A DNA stretch of 64,000 bases. Source: Chloroflexota bacterium (GTDB lineage: Bacteria > Chloroflexota > UBA11872 > VXOZ01). Below, one piece after another: positions 29,372 to 39,716 of this stretch. The position numbers and the translations under genes are program-made. How positions within the stretch are numbered: position 1 is the first letter of the stretch; the number at the start of each line of letters is the position of its first letter. Location of the stretch: contig OZ244803.1 in NCBI GenBank assembly GCA_965220045.1, positions 2,711,901 to 2,775,900 on the forward strand, given 5' to 3'. The notes beneath the pieces were generated by a model, which did not search any database, was not told the DNA's origin, and was given only the letters and a program-made list of their open reading frames with translations.

Positions 29372-29740
29372 CTTGCCGTTCCTGTACGTTTAAACTCCGC
29401 TAATTCACATCGTGTGGTTTGCTGCATGCAGTCTCCGAAGGTACTACAAAGGCCCAGTTAGTTCCTCTATTCCGAGGCAAGCTGCACGTACACCTAGCCG
29501 TAATCGGCGCCGACAAACTCATCGCCCCAAGTCACTGTAGGTGAACTCACCGATTCTCCTGGTGCCAAACAGTACCCTAGCACGCCCGCGGTAAGTGCTT
29601 TGAGGGCGTGGGCATGTCCAACTCGAGAGCCACCGTTGACCGCGACATAGCAGATAGTCAGTGAAGAGGCCATACGACGTTCGCATCCGGCCAATCCGGA
29701 AAACCTACGACTTCATTCACTTCTTAGCGGCTGAGCAGTT

Positions 29741-31978
29741 TCAGTTTGCTTTGAGTCTTCGATGCGAAAGCAAGAGAGCGTGCGCAATGCCATTAGACCG
29801 TCTAAAGGTCGGGGGATTCTCTACAGTGGTGACATAGATGACGCCTTGGCTAACAGTCGGCGAAAAGAACGCATTGCCCCCTGCCTCATAGTGCCAATAG
29901 GCTTTGCCGGTCAAGGCATCGAGCGCGTGGAGGGTACCGATTTGCGATACGGCGTACAATACACCCTCAACGACCCTCGGCGTAACCAAATTGAACAAAT
30001 GAGGTTCCGAATAGCCACCAATCTGAGACCGCCACAATTCTGCGCCGTTGGCAGCGTTCAGAGCAAACACGTCGCCAAATGAGGAAGTAAGGTAAACGAC
30101 ATCTTCATAGACAACCGGGGTCGTAAGAACCTTAGGGAACTCCGGATCCGACTTGAGACCGCTAGCAAGTTTCCCCTTTCTTGAAGGAAGGGTCGACTCT
30201 AGGTCGATTCGGATGTTCCAAATCCTTTTACCGGTCGCTGCCTCCAGTGCATACACATCCCCAAACCATCCTGTCACATAGAGCACGCCATCACTGACCA
30301 CGGGAGAGAACCCATCCGTGTTGGACACCTGCTGCTGCCACCGGATCTGTCCTGTTGTGGAATCTATCGCAAGCAAGTCCCCAAGGTAGGTAATTACGTA
30401 GACCAAATCACCTCCAACCGCAGGTGGTGTAAAGTACCCTCGACCCTTCATGTCAAAGTTCCATAGCACTTCCCCACTTCTACTATCCATTGCGACGAGA
30501 CGGCCATCGAAGACATCCGAACCAACGGAACTTACGTAAACGACCTCGTGGTCCAGTGCCACGAAGGTTTCCGGCCCTCTCGTTCTTAGCTTCCATAGCA
30601 GTTTCCCTGCCGTGGCGTCCAATGCATAGACGTGGCCGTCCATCGAACTGGCGAAGACCACACCGCCATCACTCGTCTGTGGAGCCATCGTAGGATGCCC
30701 GTCCATCTTGAAGCGCCAATGTGGTGTTCCATTCGCAGCATCTATTGCGTATAGGTAACCATTGGGTAAGGCAAAGTGAACTATGTTCTGCCATTCCGCC
30801 ACAGTGGACGGGATATCGGAACCAGTAGCATAGCGCCAAATGACATCTCCGGTGCCGGCATCGAGCGCATAGACATGGCCGTCGTCCGCACCCACATAGG
30901 CCACACCGTCAACTACCTCTGGGGAGGAGTGGATTTTGTAGCCGATCTGGAAGCGCCAAAGGAGTTTACCGTCAGCAGCATCCAGTGCGTTGATAGAGCC
31001 ACTCCTCCCACCGACAAAGAACACACCATCACTCACTGCCAAAGAGATCGATTCTCTTTGACTCACCTGGGTACGCCAAAGAAGCTCGCCGGTCTCGGCT
31101 GCGAGTGCATACGCGTGGCCCCGATATGAGCTGGCAAGTACCACACCTTCATGAAATAAAGGTATCGCAGGCACAAGATCCTTGGCTGTAAAGTCCCAGA
31201 GTTCCTTTCCGGTTGTAGCATCGAGCGCTGAAAGCCCATAGTGGCGCTGGCTGACATAGACCACTCTGCCGACTACCAGTGGAGAAGGAACCCACGCCTG
31301 CCAATAGACTTTCGTAACCGCTCTGCCCCACTTGAATTCTCCGGTTTCAGCGTCCAAGGCGTAAATGAAACCGTCATTAGGAATTACATAAACGGCACCA
31401 TCCGCCACTGATGGCGAGCCGAGAACCTCTGCCGCGGTCTTGTAGCGCCAGCGCAGGTCACCGGTCGCGGCATCAAGCGCATACAAGTGCCTGTCGCTTG
31501 ATCCAACATAGACTACGCCGTTAACCACCGTTGGCGAAGAGTATACGTCACCCTCCGTGAGAAAACGCCAAAGCAGTTCCCCTGTCGAAGCATTGAGTGC
31601 GTACACGTGGTCATCGAGCGAACCAATGTACACGGTGCCATCAACAACCGCGGGGGAAGAAGATACGTCGTCTCCTGTCCTGAATCGCCACAGTAATTTC
31701 CCGGTAGCAGCTTGCAGCGCGTACACGTAGCCATCGTATGAGCCAAAGTAGACAACGCCATGAGCAACTTTCGGTGCGGATCGCACTGCACCACCAAACT
31801 CGTAACGCCACAGCAGACTTCCAGGTTCGTCAACCAATTTGGGGAATTGAGCCGACTCCGAAGGGGTAGAAGCACATGCAACAAGAGCGCATGCTGCAAG
31901 GGCAAGTGCTAGGCATCTCAAGATACCCACTACGGCTCTGCCCTTATTGCCCAATCTAATCAGTTCATACTGCATCAT
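29741..31978 (-). CDS. PQQ-like beta-propeller repeat lipoprotein (BamB/YVTN-like)
   Basis: About 16 repeats of the motif DG.VY.GS.DGHVYALDA.TG..LW.F. Lipobox LVACAST. Confidence 0.8.
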   Translation of the reverse strand: MMQYELIRLGNKGRAVVGILRCLALALAACALVACASTPSESAQFPKLVDEPGSLLWRYEFGGAVRSAPKVAHGVVYFGSYDGYVYALQAATGKLLWRFRTGDDVSSSPAVVDGTVYIGSLDDHVYALNASTGELLWRFLTEGDVYSSPTVVNGVVYVGSSDRHLYALDAATGDLRWRYKTAAEVLGSPSVADGAVYVIPNDGFIYALDAETGEFKWGRAVTKVYWQAWVPSPLVVGRVVYVSQRHYGLSALDATTGKELWDFTAKDLVPAIPLFHEGVVLASSYRGHAYALAAETGELLWRTQVSQRESISLAVSDGVFFVGGRSGSINALDAADGKLLWRFQIGYKIHSSPEVVDGVAYVGADDGHVYALDAGTGDVIWRYATGSDIPSTVAEWQNIVHFALPNGYLYAIDAANGTPHWRFKMDGHPTMAPQTSDGGVVFASSMDGHVYALDATAGKLLWKLRTRGPETFVALDHEVVYVSSVGSDVFDGRLVAMDSRSGEVLWNFDMKGRGYFTPPAVGGDLVYVITYLGDLLAIDSTTGQIRWQQQVSNTDGFSPVVSDGVLYVTGWFGDVYALEAATGKRIWNIRIDLESTLPSRKGKLASGLKSDPEFPKVLTTPVVYEDVVYLTSSFGDVFALNAANGAELWRSQIGGYSEPHLFNLVTPRVVEGVLYAVSQIGTLHALDALTGKAYWHYEAGGNAFFSPTVSQGVIYVTTVENPPTFRRSNGIAHALLLSHRRLKAN

Positions 31979-32081
31979 TCGACCTTAGGGAAGTTCGGTA
32001 GACGCCCTCAACGCACTTCAATCTAGCAAACCCGACCGAGTGCAGCCGTACAAGTGCGTTTGGCAACGACCAACTATTCCG

Positions 32082-33251
32082 TCAAATATCAATCACCGCG
32101 CCGGTGTCGTCGCGGAGATTCTTGAAGTAGTAGAAGCTGCGGGGCGGGTTGGCGGCGATGACGTCTTCGTCCAGGTCGACGCCGAGGCCCGGTCGTTCGG
32201 GCACGTGGAGGTAGCCGTCCTTGATCTGCCACGGCTCCTTGAGCACCCGGTCGCGGTAGGGCTGGCTGGAGACGTATTCCAGCAGGTGGAAGTTGGGGAC
32301 GCTCATACCGATGTGGGCCGCGGCGGCCGTGGAGACCGGCCCCATGGGGTTGTGCGGCGCCACGAGCACGTGGTGCACCTCGGCGAGCGCGGCGATCTTC
32401 TTGACCTCGGTAATGCCGCCCGCGTGGCAGAGGTCCGGCTGGATCACGTCCACGTACTGGCCTGCCAGCAGCGGCGCAAACTGCCACTTGGTGAAGTAGC
32501 GCTCGCCGGTGGCCAGGTCGATGCCGAGCTCGCGGGCGGTCTCGCGTACGGGCCGAAACGCCTCGATGTTGTCCGGCGGCACCGGCTCCTCGAAGAATGT
32601 GATGCGGCTATCTTTGACGGCGTGCAATTGGCGCACGGCCTGGGCCGGACGGCTCTTGCCGTGGTTGTCGATCATGATGTCCACGTCGCGCCCGACAGCC
32701 TGGCGCAGGATGGCGATGCGCTCGCCCAGGAGCGCCGCGGCCTGGTGGTCGCCCATGGGTTCATCCGTGGCCCACGCGCCGGTCTTGAGGGCGGTGAAGC
32801 CGGCGCCCACGAGCTGCGCCGCCTCCCGCGCGATGCGGTCGGCTTCATAGATGCCAACGTGGGTATACAGCCGGATGCGGTCGCGGGCGGGCCCGCCGAG
32901 CAGGTGGTACACCGGCGCGCCGTAATGCTTGCCCTTGATGTCCCACAGGGCTTGGTCTATACCGGCAATAGCGGTGTTGATGACCACCCCGCCCTTCCAG
33001 AAGCCGTCCTTGTAGAGCGATTGCCAGAGCCGCTCGGTCTCCAGCGGGTCCTTGCCGATGAGCGACTCGCCAAGCTGCCCGATGCAGGTGCGCACCGTGG
33101 CGTCCTTGCCCTCCAGGGTGGCCTCGCCCCAGCCGCAAAGCTCCGGCTCGTCGGTGGAGATCTTCACGAAGACCCAGTTGCGCGGCTCTCCCCACATGAT
33201 GAAGGTGTCTACTGCGGTGATACGCATGGGCCTCTCTCCTCCTCTGAGCAT
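32082..33251 (-). CDS. Enolase-superfamily dehydratase (D-galactonate dehydratase DgoD / mandelate racemase family)
   Basis: MRITAVDTFIM...VFVKISTDEPELCGWGEATLEGKDATV...AIAGIDQALWDIKGKHYGAPVYHLLGG closely parallels the DgoD N-terminal region as I recall it. Confidence 0.8.
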   Translation of the reverse strand: MLRGGERPMRITAVDTFIMWGEPRNWVFVKISTDEPELCGWGEATLEGKDATVRTCIGQLGESLIGKDPLETERLWQSLYKDGFWKGGVVINTAIAGIDQALWDIKGKHYGAPVYHLLGGPARDRIRLYTHVGIYEADRIAREAAQLVGAGFTALKTGAWATDEPMGDHQAAALLGERIAILRQAVGRDVDIMIDNHGKSRPAQAVRQLHAVKDSRITFFEEPVPPDNIEAFRPVRETARELGIDLATGERYFTKWQFAPLLAGQYVDVIQPDLCHAGGITEVKKIAALAEVHHVLVAPHNPMGPVSTAAAAHIGMSVPNFHLLEYVSSQPYRDRVLKEPWQIKDGYLHVPERPGLGVDLDEDVIAANPPRSFYYFKNLRDDTGAVIDI

Positions 33252-33314
33252 TGGGATTTGTTGAACTGTTAGCTAAATTGTTAAATGAACCAAATGCCAA
33301 GGTGCAGACAATCC

Positions 33315-33344
33315 GTCATTCCCGTGCAAACGGGAATCCATCTT
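33315..33344 (+). repeat. Family-A hairpin (stem/loop variant cccgtGCAAacggg)
   Basis: gtcattcccgtgcaaacgggaatccatctt. Compensatory change on both stem sides keeps pairing. Confidence 0.85.
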
Positions 33345-33639
33345 CTCCGGATACAGGCTGGATCCCTCGGTTTCCCAACCGCGCGTTCGCTGGAATGACT
33401 GCCACGACGTTAGCCGACATCTTCATTCCCTTGTGCGGCCTGGGCAAGGCCAAGGTGATTTCTGTTTTCGCGGAAATCTATCTTCACGCCTTGCCAATGG
33501 ACGCCGCGGCGGGTGGTCTTGCGCAGTCATGACTTTGGTACTCCGGTTTCAACCGCTCTCTTTGTCGCGCCTTGGAGCAAAGCGACAGAAAAGTGCCTAC
33601 ACACGCTTTAGATTCCGCGAATCCTGTTCGACGCCACGC

Positions 33640-34160
33640 TCGGAATTGTAGATGTTGACTAATTCGTTGACAGAATCTCCTGTCCACTAGAAAGCGCTGG
33701 GAGTCCATGTCATTCCGAGCGCAGCGAGGAATCTAGGGTCCGAGTTGCTCGGAGTTGGATTGGCTATAGACTCTAGATTCCTCACTTCGCTACGCTCCGT
33801 TCGGAATGACATCCTATTGGGTCTTAATTGCAGGCAAAACCACCGATTGTCACCAATTCAGTTGACGAATTACCTGACATTTACAATTCCGAGCGCAGCG
33901 TCGAACAAGGTTCGCGGAATCTAGTGCCATGCTCTAGGCAGTCATTAGCCCCAGCACACGAGATTCCTCACTCCGCTGCGCTCCGTTCGGAATGACATAC
34001 CATTAGGTCTTACTCGCAGGCAGAACCACCGCTTGTTGTCACCAATTCTGTCAACGAATTACCTGACATCTACAGGAATGACATGTGTTGTGGACGTATG
34101 CAAGCGAGACCCACCGCTCATTTTCCCATTTCTGTCAACGAAACTCTCAATACTTACAGG
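33640..34160. mobile_element. Cluster of solo IS481-family terminal-repeat ends and family-F hairpins (MITE-like derivatives)
   Basis: At least four copies of the IS end motif ctgtcaacgaattacctgacatttaca / tgtagatgttgactaattcgttgacag, each abutting a hairpin half (gtcattccgagcgcagcgaggaatc). A roughly 110 bp segment is repeated at 33770-33875 and 33965-34075. Confidence 0.7.
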
Positions 34161-34238
34161 ATCGAATGAATACAATGGCAATGCGTAAGAAGGTCAATTC
34201 CCTGAGCGAGAGTCAAATCATCGACGAGAATCCTACTC

Positions 34239-35264
34239 TCACTTTGCCGGTATGCTTACCCACTCGCCGCTCACCGCCGCAGCTTTGGCGTGCAGCGTCA
34301 CTTCCATCGTGCGCAGGACTTCCTCGGCGCTGGCGTACGGTTCGCGGTCGTTGACCAGAGCGTCCAGGAAGTCGCTGGTTGGCGTGTGCTGCAGCGGCGG
34401 AACTTCCAGATCGAAGGGTGCCTTGTCGTCCAGCACCACCCGCACGCCGCCTTGCTTGTTCGGGCCGGAGGCCTCCAGGGTACCCGCCGTCGCAATCTCC
34501 GCCGTGCCGCGCGTGCCGGTAATGTAGAGCCGGTAGTCGCCGTGGTAGGGCGCGGCCTCGGGCGTGAGCCAGTCGGCGACGACGATGCCCTTCATGCCGC
34601 CGTCAAAGTCCATGAGCGCGTGGGCGTGGTCGTAGAGTTGCGGCAGATCGGGAAAGCGCGTGTTGCCCTGCAGGGCCGCCACGCGCACCGGCTCCTGACC
34701 CGAGAACCAGCGCAGCGAATCAAAGTAGTGCACGCCCAAGTCCACCAGCACGCCGCCGTTCTGCGCCGCGTCCAGCTCCCAGGGATTGCGGGTTTCGGGG
34801 CGCAGCCGGTGCGGGCCAAAGCCGTACATGTGCACGATTTCGCCAAAGTCACCCGCATCCACCCGCGCTTTCAAGGCCCGGTGGGCAGCGGAGAATCGCT
34901 GGCTGAGCATCATCGAAAGCCGCGCCTTGCCCTTGCCGTGGGCCGCCCGCACCTGCTTGAGTTGCTCCATCTCGGTGAGCAGCGGCTTGTCGGCGATGGC
35001 GTGGATGCCCAGATCGAGACAGGCGGTCAACGCCCGGTATTTTGTTGAATTCGTCGTAACCACGCCCACCACCTGGGGTTGCTCTCGCTCGAGGAGCTGG
35101 CCGAAATCCGCATATACCGGCACGCTGTGCTCGGCTTCCACCTTTTCCCGTACCATCGGGTCGTCTTCCGCAATGCCGACGAGCGTGAGCGCCTCGTTTT
35201 CATTAACGGCCCGGATGAATTCGCTGACGTGTCCGTGCCGCATGCCAATGACTGCTGCGCGCAT
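34239..35264 (-). CDS. Gfo/Idh/MocA family oxidoreductase
   Basis: N-terminal dinucleotide-binding region with the EKP motif (IADKPLL) and the C-terminal alpha/beta domain pattern (...GGVLVDLGVHYFDSLRWFSG...). Confidence 0.75.
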   Translation of the reverse strand: MRAAVIGMRHGHVSEFIRAVNENEALTLVGIAEDDPMVREKVEAEHSVPVYADFGQLLEREQPQVVGVVTTNSTKYRALTACLDLGIHAIADKPLLTEMEQLKQVRAAHGKGKARLSMMLSQRFSAAHRALKARVDAGDFGEIVHMYGFGPHRLRPETRNPWELDAAQNGGVLVDLGVHYFDSLRWFSGQEPVRVAALQGNTRFPDLPQLYDHAHALMDFDGGMKGIVVADWLTPEAAPYHGDYRLYITGTRGTAEIATAGTLEASGPNKQGGVRVVLDDKAPFDLEVPPLQHTPTSDFLDALVNDREPYASAEEVLRTMEVTLHAKAAAVSGEWVSIPAK

Positions 35265-35339
35265 AGTGCAATTCTCTCCTTTGGTTCAATGGTGTCCGTT
35301 GCACAATTCAGTGATTTGTTGTGGACGAAGTCCTAACGA

Positions 35340-35700
35340 TTCTCTTGCCCCAAGAGGCGGGGGACAAGCCCCAGCGCCACAAGGATTGCATCCGACTGCA
35401 CTAGTTGAGAGTCTAAGCATGCGTACCTTGTTCCGGTAGCACAGGTTTGAAACCTGTGCCTGCAATCGAACGTTTCCGCTACCCTGAAACCCGTCCGACA
35501 GACGCCCTACACGGCATCCGCCTTTGCCTCAAGAGGCGGGGGACAAGCCCCCGCGCTACAAGGAGTGCGCCTAATCGGAGGTCTCTCGAGGCCAGGCGCC
35601 ACACCTTCGTCTCCGGTAGCACAGGTTTGCAACCTGTGCCCGACACCATGCGATGCCGTTTTGCGAATCGCCCGGCCTGTAGACATCCGACGCGGCCAAC
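35340..35700 (+). repeat. Roughly 180 bp tandem duplication built from a family-D motif (caagaggcgggggacaagcccc.gcgc.acaagga) followed by a family-C palindrome (ccggtagcacaggtttgMaacctgtgcc)
   Basis: Units at about 35351-35470 and 35529-35650, read directly. Family D recurs at 41228-41261. Confidence 0.8.
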
Positions 35701-35795
35701 CCCTCATCTCATGCTTGGAGTTGCTTCGCTACGTGCACCAAGCATGGCTGAGTCGGCCCAGTCTGCGCACTCTTAATGTACACCCAGCACCTATT

Positions 35796-36977
35796 CTACT
35801 GCCCCGCATCTTCCTTTGCAGGATGCATGCCTGCGAGCACCTGTTCCGGCCCCAGCTTTTCCATGCACTCCACCGTACCGTAGCGGCAGGAGGCAGGTTG
35901 GCCGGTCTCCGGGCGGTAGCAGGGACTGCAGAATATGGGATGCCGCCGCACGGCGTACGGTTGGCCGAACGGGCCATACCGCGTCCAATTGGTCGGCCCG
36001 TACAAGCCGACAACGCGCGTGCCCAGCGCCACGGCGAGATGCAACGGCCCGCTATCGCTGCCGACCATAAGGGTGCATTGCGCCAGCACCGCGGCAAGCT
36101 GCCCCAGGGTCGTCTTGCCGGTGAGCACGAGCGGCGGCGTGTCGCATGACTCTGCAATTGCTGCCGCCACCTCAACCTCATCCGGACCTCCCACCAGGAC
36201 GGCGCGATAGCCCGCTTGGTGGAGTCGGTTGATCAAGTTGACCCAATGACGCTGCGGCCAGACCTTCGCATAGCCGTTACGCGCGCCGTGACCGCAGGCT
36301 ACCCACTGGGCATCCTCATCTGCTGACAGCACGTCATTCGCCCACGCACGATCACCTGCATTCACCCAGGCTTCCATTTGGTCCGGTGTGGCAAGAACGC
36401 CGGCCGCCTGCGCCACGGCCAGAGAACAGTGCACTTCGTGACGGTCCTGGGGCAGGCGGCTGCCAACCGCCAGCAGGTTGAAGCTGCCGCGCGGCGCTTC
36501 GTCCGCAAAACCCGCCCGCTGCGCGGCTCCGGTCAGCAGGCTCACGGTTGCTGCCGGTACTCCGTACAGACTAAAGCAGAGATCGTAGCGGCGGTCGCGC
36601 AAGCCACGGACGACCCGCCACGCCTGCCGCCACTGACCGACCGAGAGAACTCCCGGAAGATGGGTAAGCGCGTGCGCATCCAAGGTAAAGACGCGGTCAA
36701 CATAGGGACAGTCGGCCAGCAGTGGGGCCGTGCTCGGCGTCACCAGCACATCCAGTTGTGCACGCGGAAACCGCTGCCGCGCATTGCGAATTGCCGGGAC
36801 GGAAAAGAGCAGATCACCGATGAGATCGAGCCGGATGATGAGAATGCGTTCGGTGTTTTCGGGCTGGTACTCCTGCCGGCCGTACCGGAACCGGGCAATA
36901 GCGGCCAGCAAGCCGCAGAACAGCCACAACACGGCACCGGCGGTACGGCGAGCGATGTGCTTGAGCCGCGCGCTCAT
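35796..36977 (-). CDS. Glycosyltransferase family 9 (heptosyltransferase-like). Start is probably the Met at 36975-36977 (MSARLKHIARR...), overlapping the upstream stop as ATGA
   Basis: ILIIRLDLIGDLLFSVPAIRNARQRFP...LDVLVTPSTAPLLADCPYVDRV is the GT9 N-terminal signature. The ORF track extends to 37058. Confidence 0.8.
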   Translation of the reverse strand: MSARLKHIARRTAGAVLWLFCGLLAAIARFRYGRQEYQPENTERILIIRLDLIGDLLFSVPAIRNARQRFPRAQLDVLVTPSTAPLLADCPYVDRVFTLDAHALTHLPGVLSVGQWRQAWRVVRGLRDRRYDLCFSLYGVPAATVSLLTGAAQRAGFADEAPRGSFNLLAVGSRLPQDRHEVHCSLAVAQAAGVLATPDQMEAWVNAGDRAWANDVLSADEDAQWVACGHGARNGYAKVWPQRHWVNLINRLHQAGYRAVLVGGPDEVEVAAAIAESCDTPPLVLTGKTTLGQLAAVLAQCTLMVGSDSGPLHLAVALGTRVVGLYGPTNWTRYGPFGQPYAVRRHPIFCSPCYRPETGQPASCRYGTVECMEKLGPEQVLAGMHPAKEDAGQ

Positions 36978-38194
36978 GGGGTGACGCTCTCGACGGTCTG
37001 CGACAGCAACTCTTGCGCCACTGCCGTCACCGCTGCCGGTTCTATGAACTGCATGCACGGGTGGTGCGGCAGTGCATTAGCAGGCAAGGAGAGGTGCCCG
37101 CAGTGACGGCAGGGGATAGACGACACCACCGTGCGATGCCGCTCCGCGGGTCCCCAGGGCCCAAACCGTACGGGATCGCTGGCGCCATACAGCGTTACGC
37201 TGGGCGTGCCCACGGCAACCGCGAGGTGCAACGGGCCGGAATCGGGCCCCATCACCAGGGCGCAACGCGCATAGAGCGCCGCCAGCACGCCGATTGAAGT
37301 TTCTCCTGCCATGAAGGTGCGGTCTTGGGGCAGGCCGGCGACGACCTTCCGCGCCAGTGCTTGTTCTGTTGGCCCCGACGTGACGAGGTAGTACGTGCGA
37401 TCATCTGCCGCCAGGTCGTTGCCAACGGCGTGCCAGCCCGCCGGCGACCAATTCTTGATAGGCGCGCCGGAACCGGGGTGAATGGCAATGAGTCTCGCGT
37501 GATCAGGCATGGCGACTGTGCGCAGAATGGTATTTGCCGACCCCTCATCTTCTCGCGTGAAGCCGACGTGCAGGTGCGTAGGGACGTCTTCTACCTCTGC
37601 GCCGATGACGGCTGCGGCCTGGACCAAGCGCAGGTTAGACGCAGCTTGATGTTCGCCGTCCTGTACCGGCTGCGCGTGCGTGAGAAACGGCGCACACTCC
37701 GGCGAATCGAACCCCCAGACGTACGGGATACCGGCAAACGCGGCGAGCGCCGCGCCCCACCAGAAGTCGGTCCGCAGGTTGAGAGCAAGCTGGTATTCTT
37801 CAGCCTGCAAGCGCGCGGCTTCGCGCCGCAACTGCATATACGCCCGCACGCCCTGCTGCGGTTGGCTGCGATCATAGCCCGGAAAGCGGCAGGTCTGGAT
37901 ACGGTCAATGTGCGGATTGTGCGCCAGCACCGCTTCCGACCACGGACCCACCAGGGCCGTTATCTCGCTCTCGGGAAACGCCCGGCGCAGCAGGCGTAGC
38001 GCCGGCGTGATAAGCAGCACGTCGCCAATGTGATCGGGCCGAATGACCAGAATGCGGTCCAAGTGAGAAGCCGGAAAGCGATACGGACGCAAGAACCCCA
38101 GCGCCCGCAAGATCCCGCGCCGCAACCAGCGCTTAGCTACCGGCTCACGGGGCAGAAGCGTGCTGGGCAGCGGTTCCGGGTAAGGCGTATCCAC
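36974..38194 (-). CDS. Glycosyltransferase family 9 (heptosyltransferase-like), paralog
   Basis: ILVIRPDHIGDVLLITPALRLLRRAFPESEITALVGPWSEAVLAHNPHIDRI. C-terminal GT-B Rossmann region. Confidence 0.8.
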   Translation of the reverse strand: MDTPYPEPLPSTLLPREPVAKRWLRRGILRALGFLRPYRFPASHLDRILVIRPDHIGDVLLITPALRLLRRAFPESEITALVGPWSEAVLAHNPHIDRIQTCRFPGYDRSQPQQGVRAYMQLRREAARLQAEEYQLALNLRTDFWWGAALAAFAGIPYVWGFDSPECAPFLTHAQPVQDGEHQAASNLRLVQAAAVIGAEVEDVPTHLHVGFTREDEGSANTILRTVAMPDHARLIAIHPGSGAPIKNWSPAGWHAVGNDLAADDRTYYLVTSGPTEQALARKVVAGLPQDRTFMAGETSIGVLAALYARCALVMGPDSGPLHLAVAVGTPSVTLYGASDPVRFGPWGPAERHRTVVSSIPCRHCGHLSLPANALPHHPCMQFIEPAAVTAVAQELLSQTVESVTP

Positions 38195-38199
38195 CGCAT

Positions 38200-38793
38200 C
38201 TATTCCAGTGATCCCTTGCTGCTGGGCACGGTTTGTTGGCGGCGGGGGTCGGTCTGGACGGCCTGGGACAGTGCGCGGGCGAGGGCTTTGAAGACGGCCT
38301 CGGCCTTGTGGTGGTCGTTTGCTCCGGCCAGCAGGCGCGCGTGGAGCGTGACTCCCCCCTGCATGGCGAACGAATCCAGGAAGTGGCCGATCATCTCAGT
38401 CTGCAAGGTACCGAGCTTGTACCCGGTGAACGGCACGTCTACCACGGCGGCGCCGCGGCCGCTCAGGTCCACGGAAACCAGCGCCAGGGCTTCATCCATC
38501 GGCACGATGGCCCAGCCCATGCGGGCGATGCCGGCTTTGTCGCCCAAGGCGGCATCCAACGCGCGGCCCAGGCAAATCGCCACATCTTCCACGGTGTGAT
38601 GCGAATCGACTTCCAGGTCGCCGGTGGCCTGCACGTCCAGATCGAAGAGCCCATGCGTGCATAGCTGATTCAGCATGTGGTCGAGCATGCCGATGCCGGT
38701 ATTCACATCCGCCGCGCCGTTGCCGTCGAGATTGATCGTCACGGTGACGTTGGTTTCTTGCGTTTGCCGTGCGTGTTGTCCCGTGCGTGTCAT
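38200..38793 (-). CDS. hisB: Imidazoleglycerol-phosphate dehydratase
   Basis: VTINLDGNG...IGMLDHMLNQL..HG.FDL.V...GDLEVDSHHTVEDVAI.LG.AL...LGDK.GI.R...A.VPMDEAL....VDLSGR is the canonical IGPD motif set. Confidence 0.9.
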   Translation of the reverse strand: MTRTGQHARQTQETNVTVTINLDGNGAADVNTGIGMLDHMLNQLCTHGLFDLDVQATGDLEVDSHHTVEDVAICLGRALDAALGDKAGIARMGWAIVPMDEALALVSVDLSGRGAAVVDVPFTGYKLGTLQTEMIGHFLDSFAMQGGVTLHARLLAGANDHHKAEAVFKALARALSQAVQTDPRRQQTVPSSKGSLE

Positions 38794-38868
38794 TGCAGTA
38801 CTTTCTTCGGAAGGTTTTCCGTGCAGATGCCGAAGAGTCGTTCGGTCTTGAACATGGCGGTATGCGGT

Positions 38869-38897
38869 GTCATTCCGAGTGTAGCGAGGAATCTAGA
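38869..38897 (+). repeat. Family-F hairpin (gtcattccgagtgtagcgaggaatctag), a stem variant of family A
   Basis: Same flanks gtcattcc...ggaatc with a different internal stem. Confidence 0.75.
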
Positions 38898-39019
38898 GTG
38901 TTCGTTTGCAACTCTAGGCTCATTAAGCAACTAGAATTGCCGGCATAGGGATCGATCCAAGACCTCACAACGTATGCGACCACTAATCTCAGTCTATTGG
39001 GCGCGGCCGGTCTGCTGAG

Positions 39020-39068
39020 AAGATGGATTCCCCGCCCCCGCGCGGGGGCGAGCTTTCGCGGGAATGAC
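39020..39068 (-). repeat. Family-A hairpin with nested GC-rich palindrome insert
   Basis: Reverse complement reads gtcattcccgcgaaagctcgcccccgcgcgggggcggggaatccatctt. Confidence 0.85.
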
Positions 39069-39088
39069 GGATTCTACTCCCTGCTCAC

Positions 39089-39556
39089 TTAGCCCAAATC
39101 AAACTGAAACACCAGGTCATCCCGCTCTCTAAAGTCGTACCCATCGGTATACTCGCGCACTTTATCGCCCTGGATGTTGATGTAATCAATGGGTTCGGAC
39201 ACGGCGAAAGGCGCAACGTGCCAGGTGCCGACGTGCATCTGGATCGCCTTATCGCCCGGAAAGTGAAAGAGCGCTGTCGTTGCGGGATCAAAAGACTCCG
39301 GCGTCTCGCTGGGAGGTCCCACGAAGAAGAGGCCGTCCTTGCCGCCCAGCGGCACGAAGACTTGTGTCTCCTCCATGTGGCGGTTGAGGAAGTGCGGCTG
39401 TTCGGCGCTGAGATCGCGCACCGGCGCATGCGTGATGCGGGCGGTGAGTACACCGTCCGTGCAGACGATCTCGCGGCGGTCCAAATTCAAAATTCTGCCG
39501 AACGGCGCAAAGCTCTCATCCGTGAGCGGTTGGGGTTTGAGGGTAATCACGCGCAT
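39089..39556 (-). CDS. Ureidoglycolate lyase/hydrolase (AllA) family cupin protein. Start taken at the Met at 39554-39556 (MRVITLKPQPLT...)
   Basis: MRVITLKPQPLTDESFAPFGRIL... and overall 155 aa size resemble AllA. The upstream part of the track ORF is Cys-rich junk overlapping repeat B. Confidence 0.5.
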   Translation of the reverse strand: MRVITLKPQPLTDESFAPFGRILNLDRREIVCTDGVLTARITHAPVRDLSAEQPHFLNRHMEETQVFVPLGGKDGLFFVGPPSETPESFDPATTALFHFPGDKAIQMHVGTWHVAPFAVSEPIDYINIQGDKVREYTDGYDFRERDDLVFQFDLG

Positions 39557-39676
39557 GGGATGCCTCGTTTCTCTTGCCTGGCGGTTGTCTTGACCTTTAC
39601 CTATGATACGTACTCTGCAGGGACAGCCACAAGTTGCCGCGCCTTGAAGGAGGAAAATCGTACTAACGCACTCCAC

Positions 39677-39704
39677 GTAGGGGCACAATATATCGTGCCC
39701 CTAC
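39677..39704. repeat. Family-B palindrome (1 mismatch)
   Basis: gtaggggcacaatatatcgtgcccctac. Confidence 0.85.
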
Positions 39705-39716
39705 CACATTGGAGGT

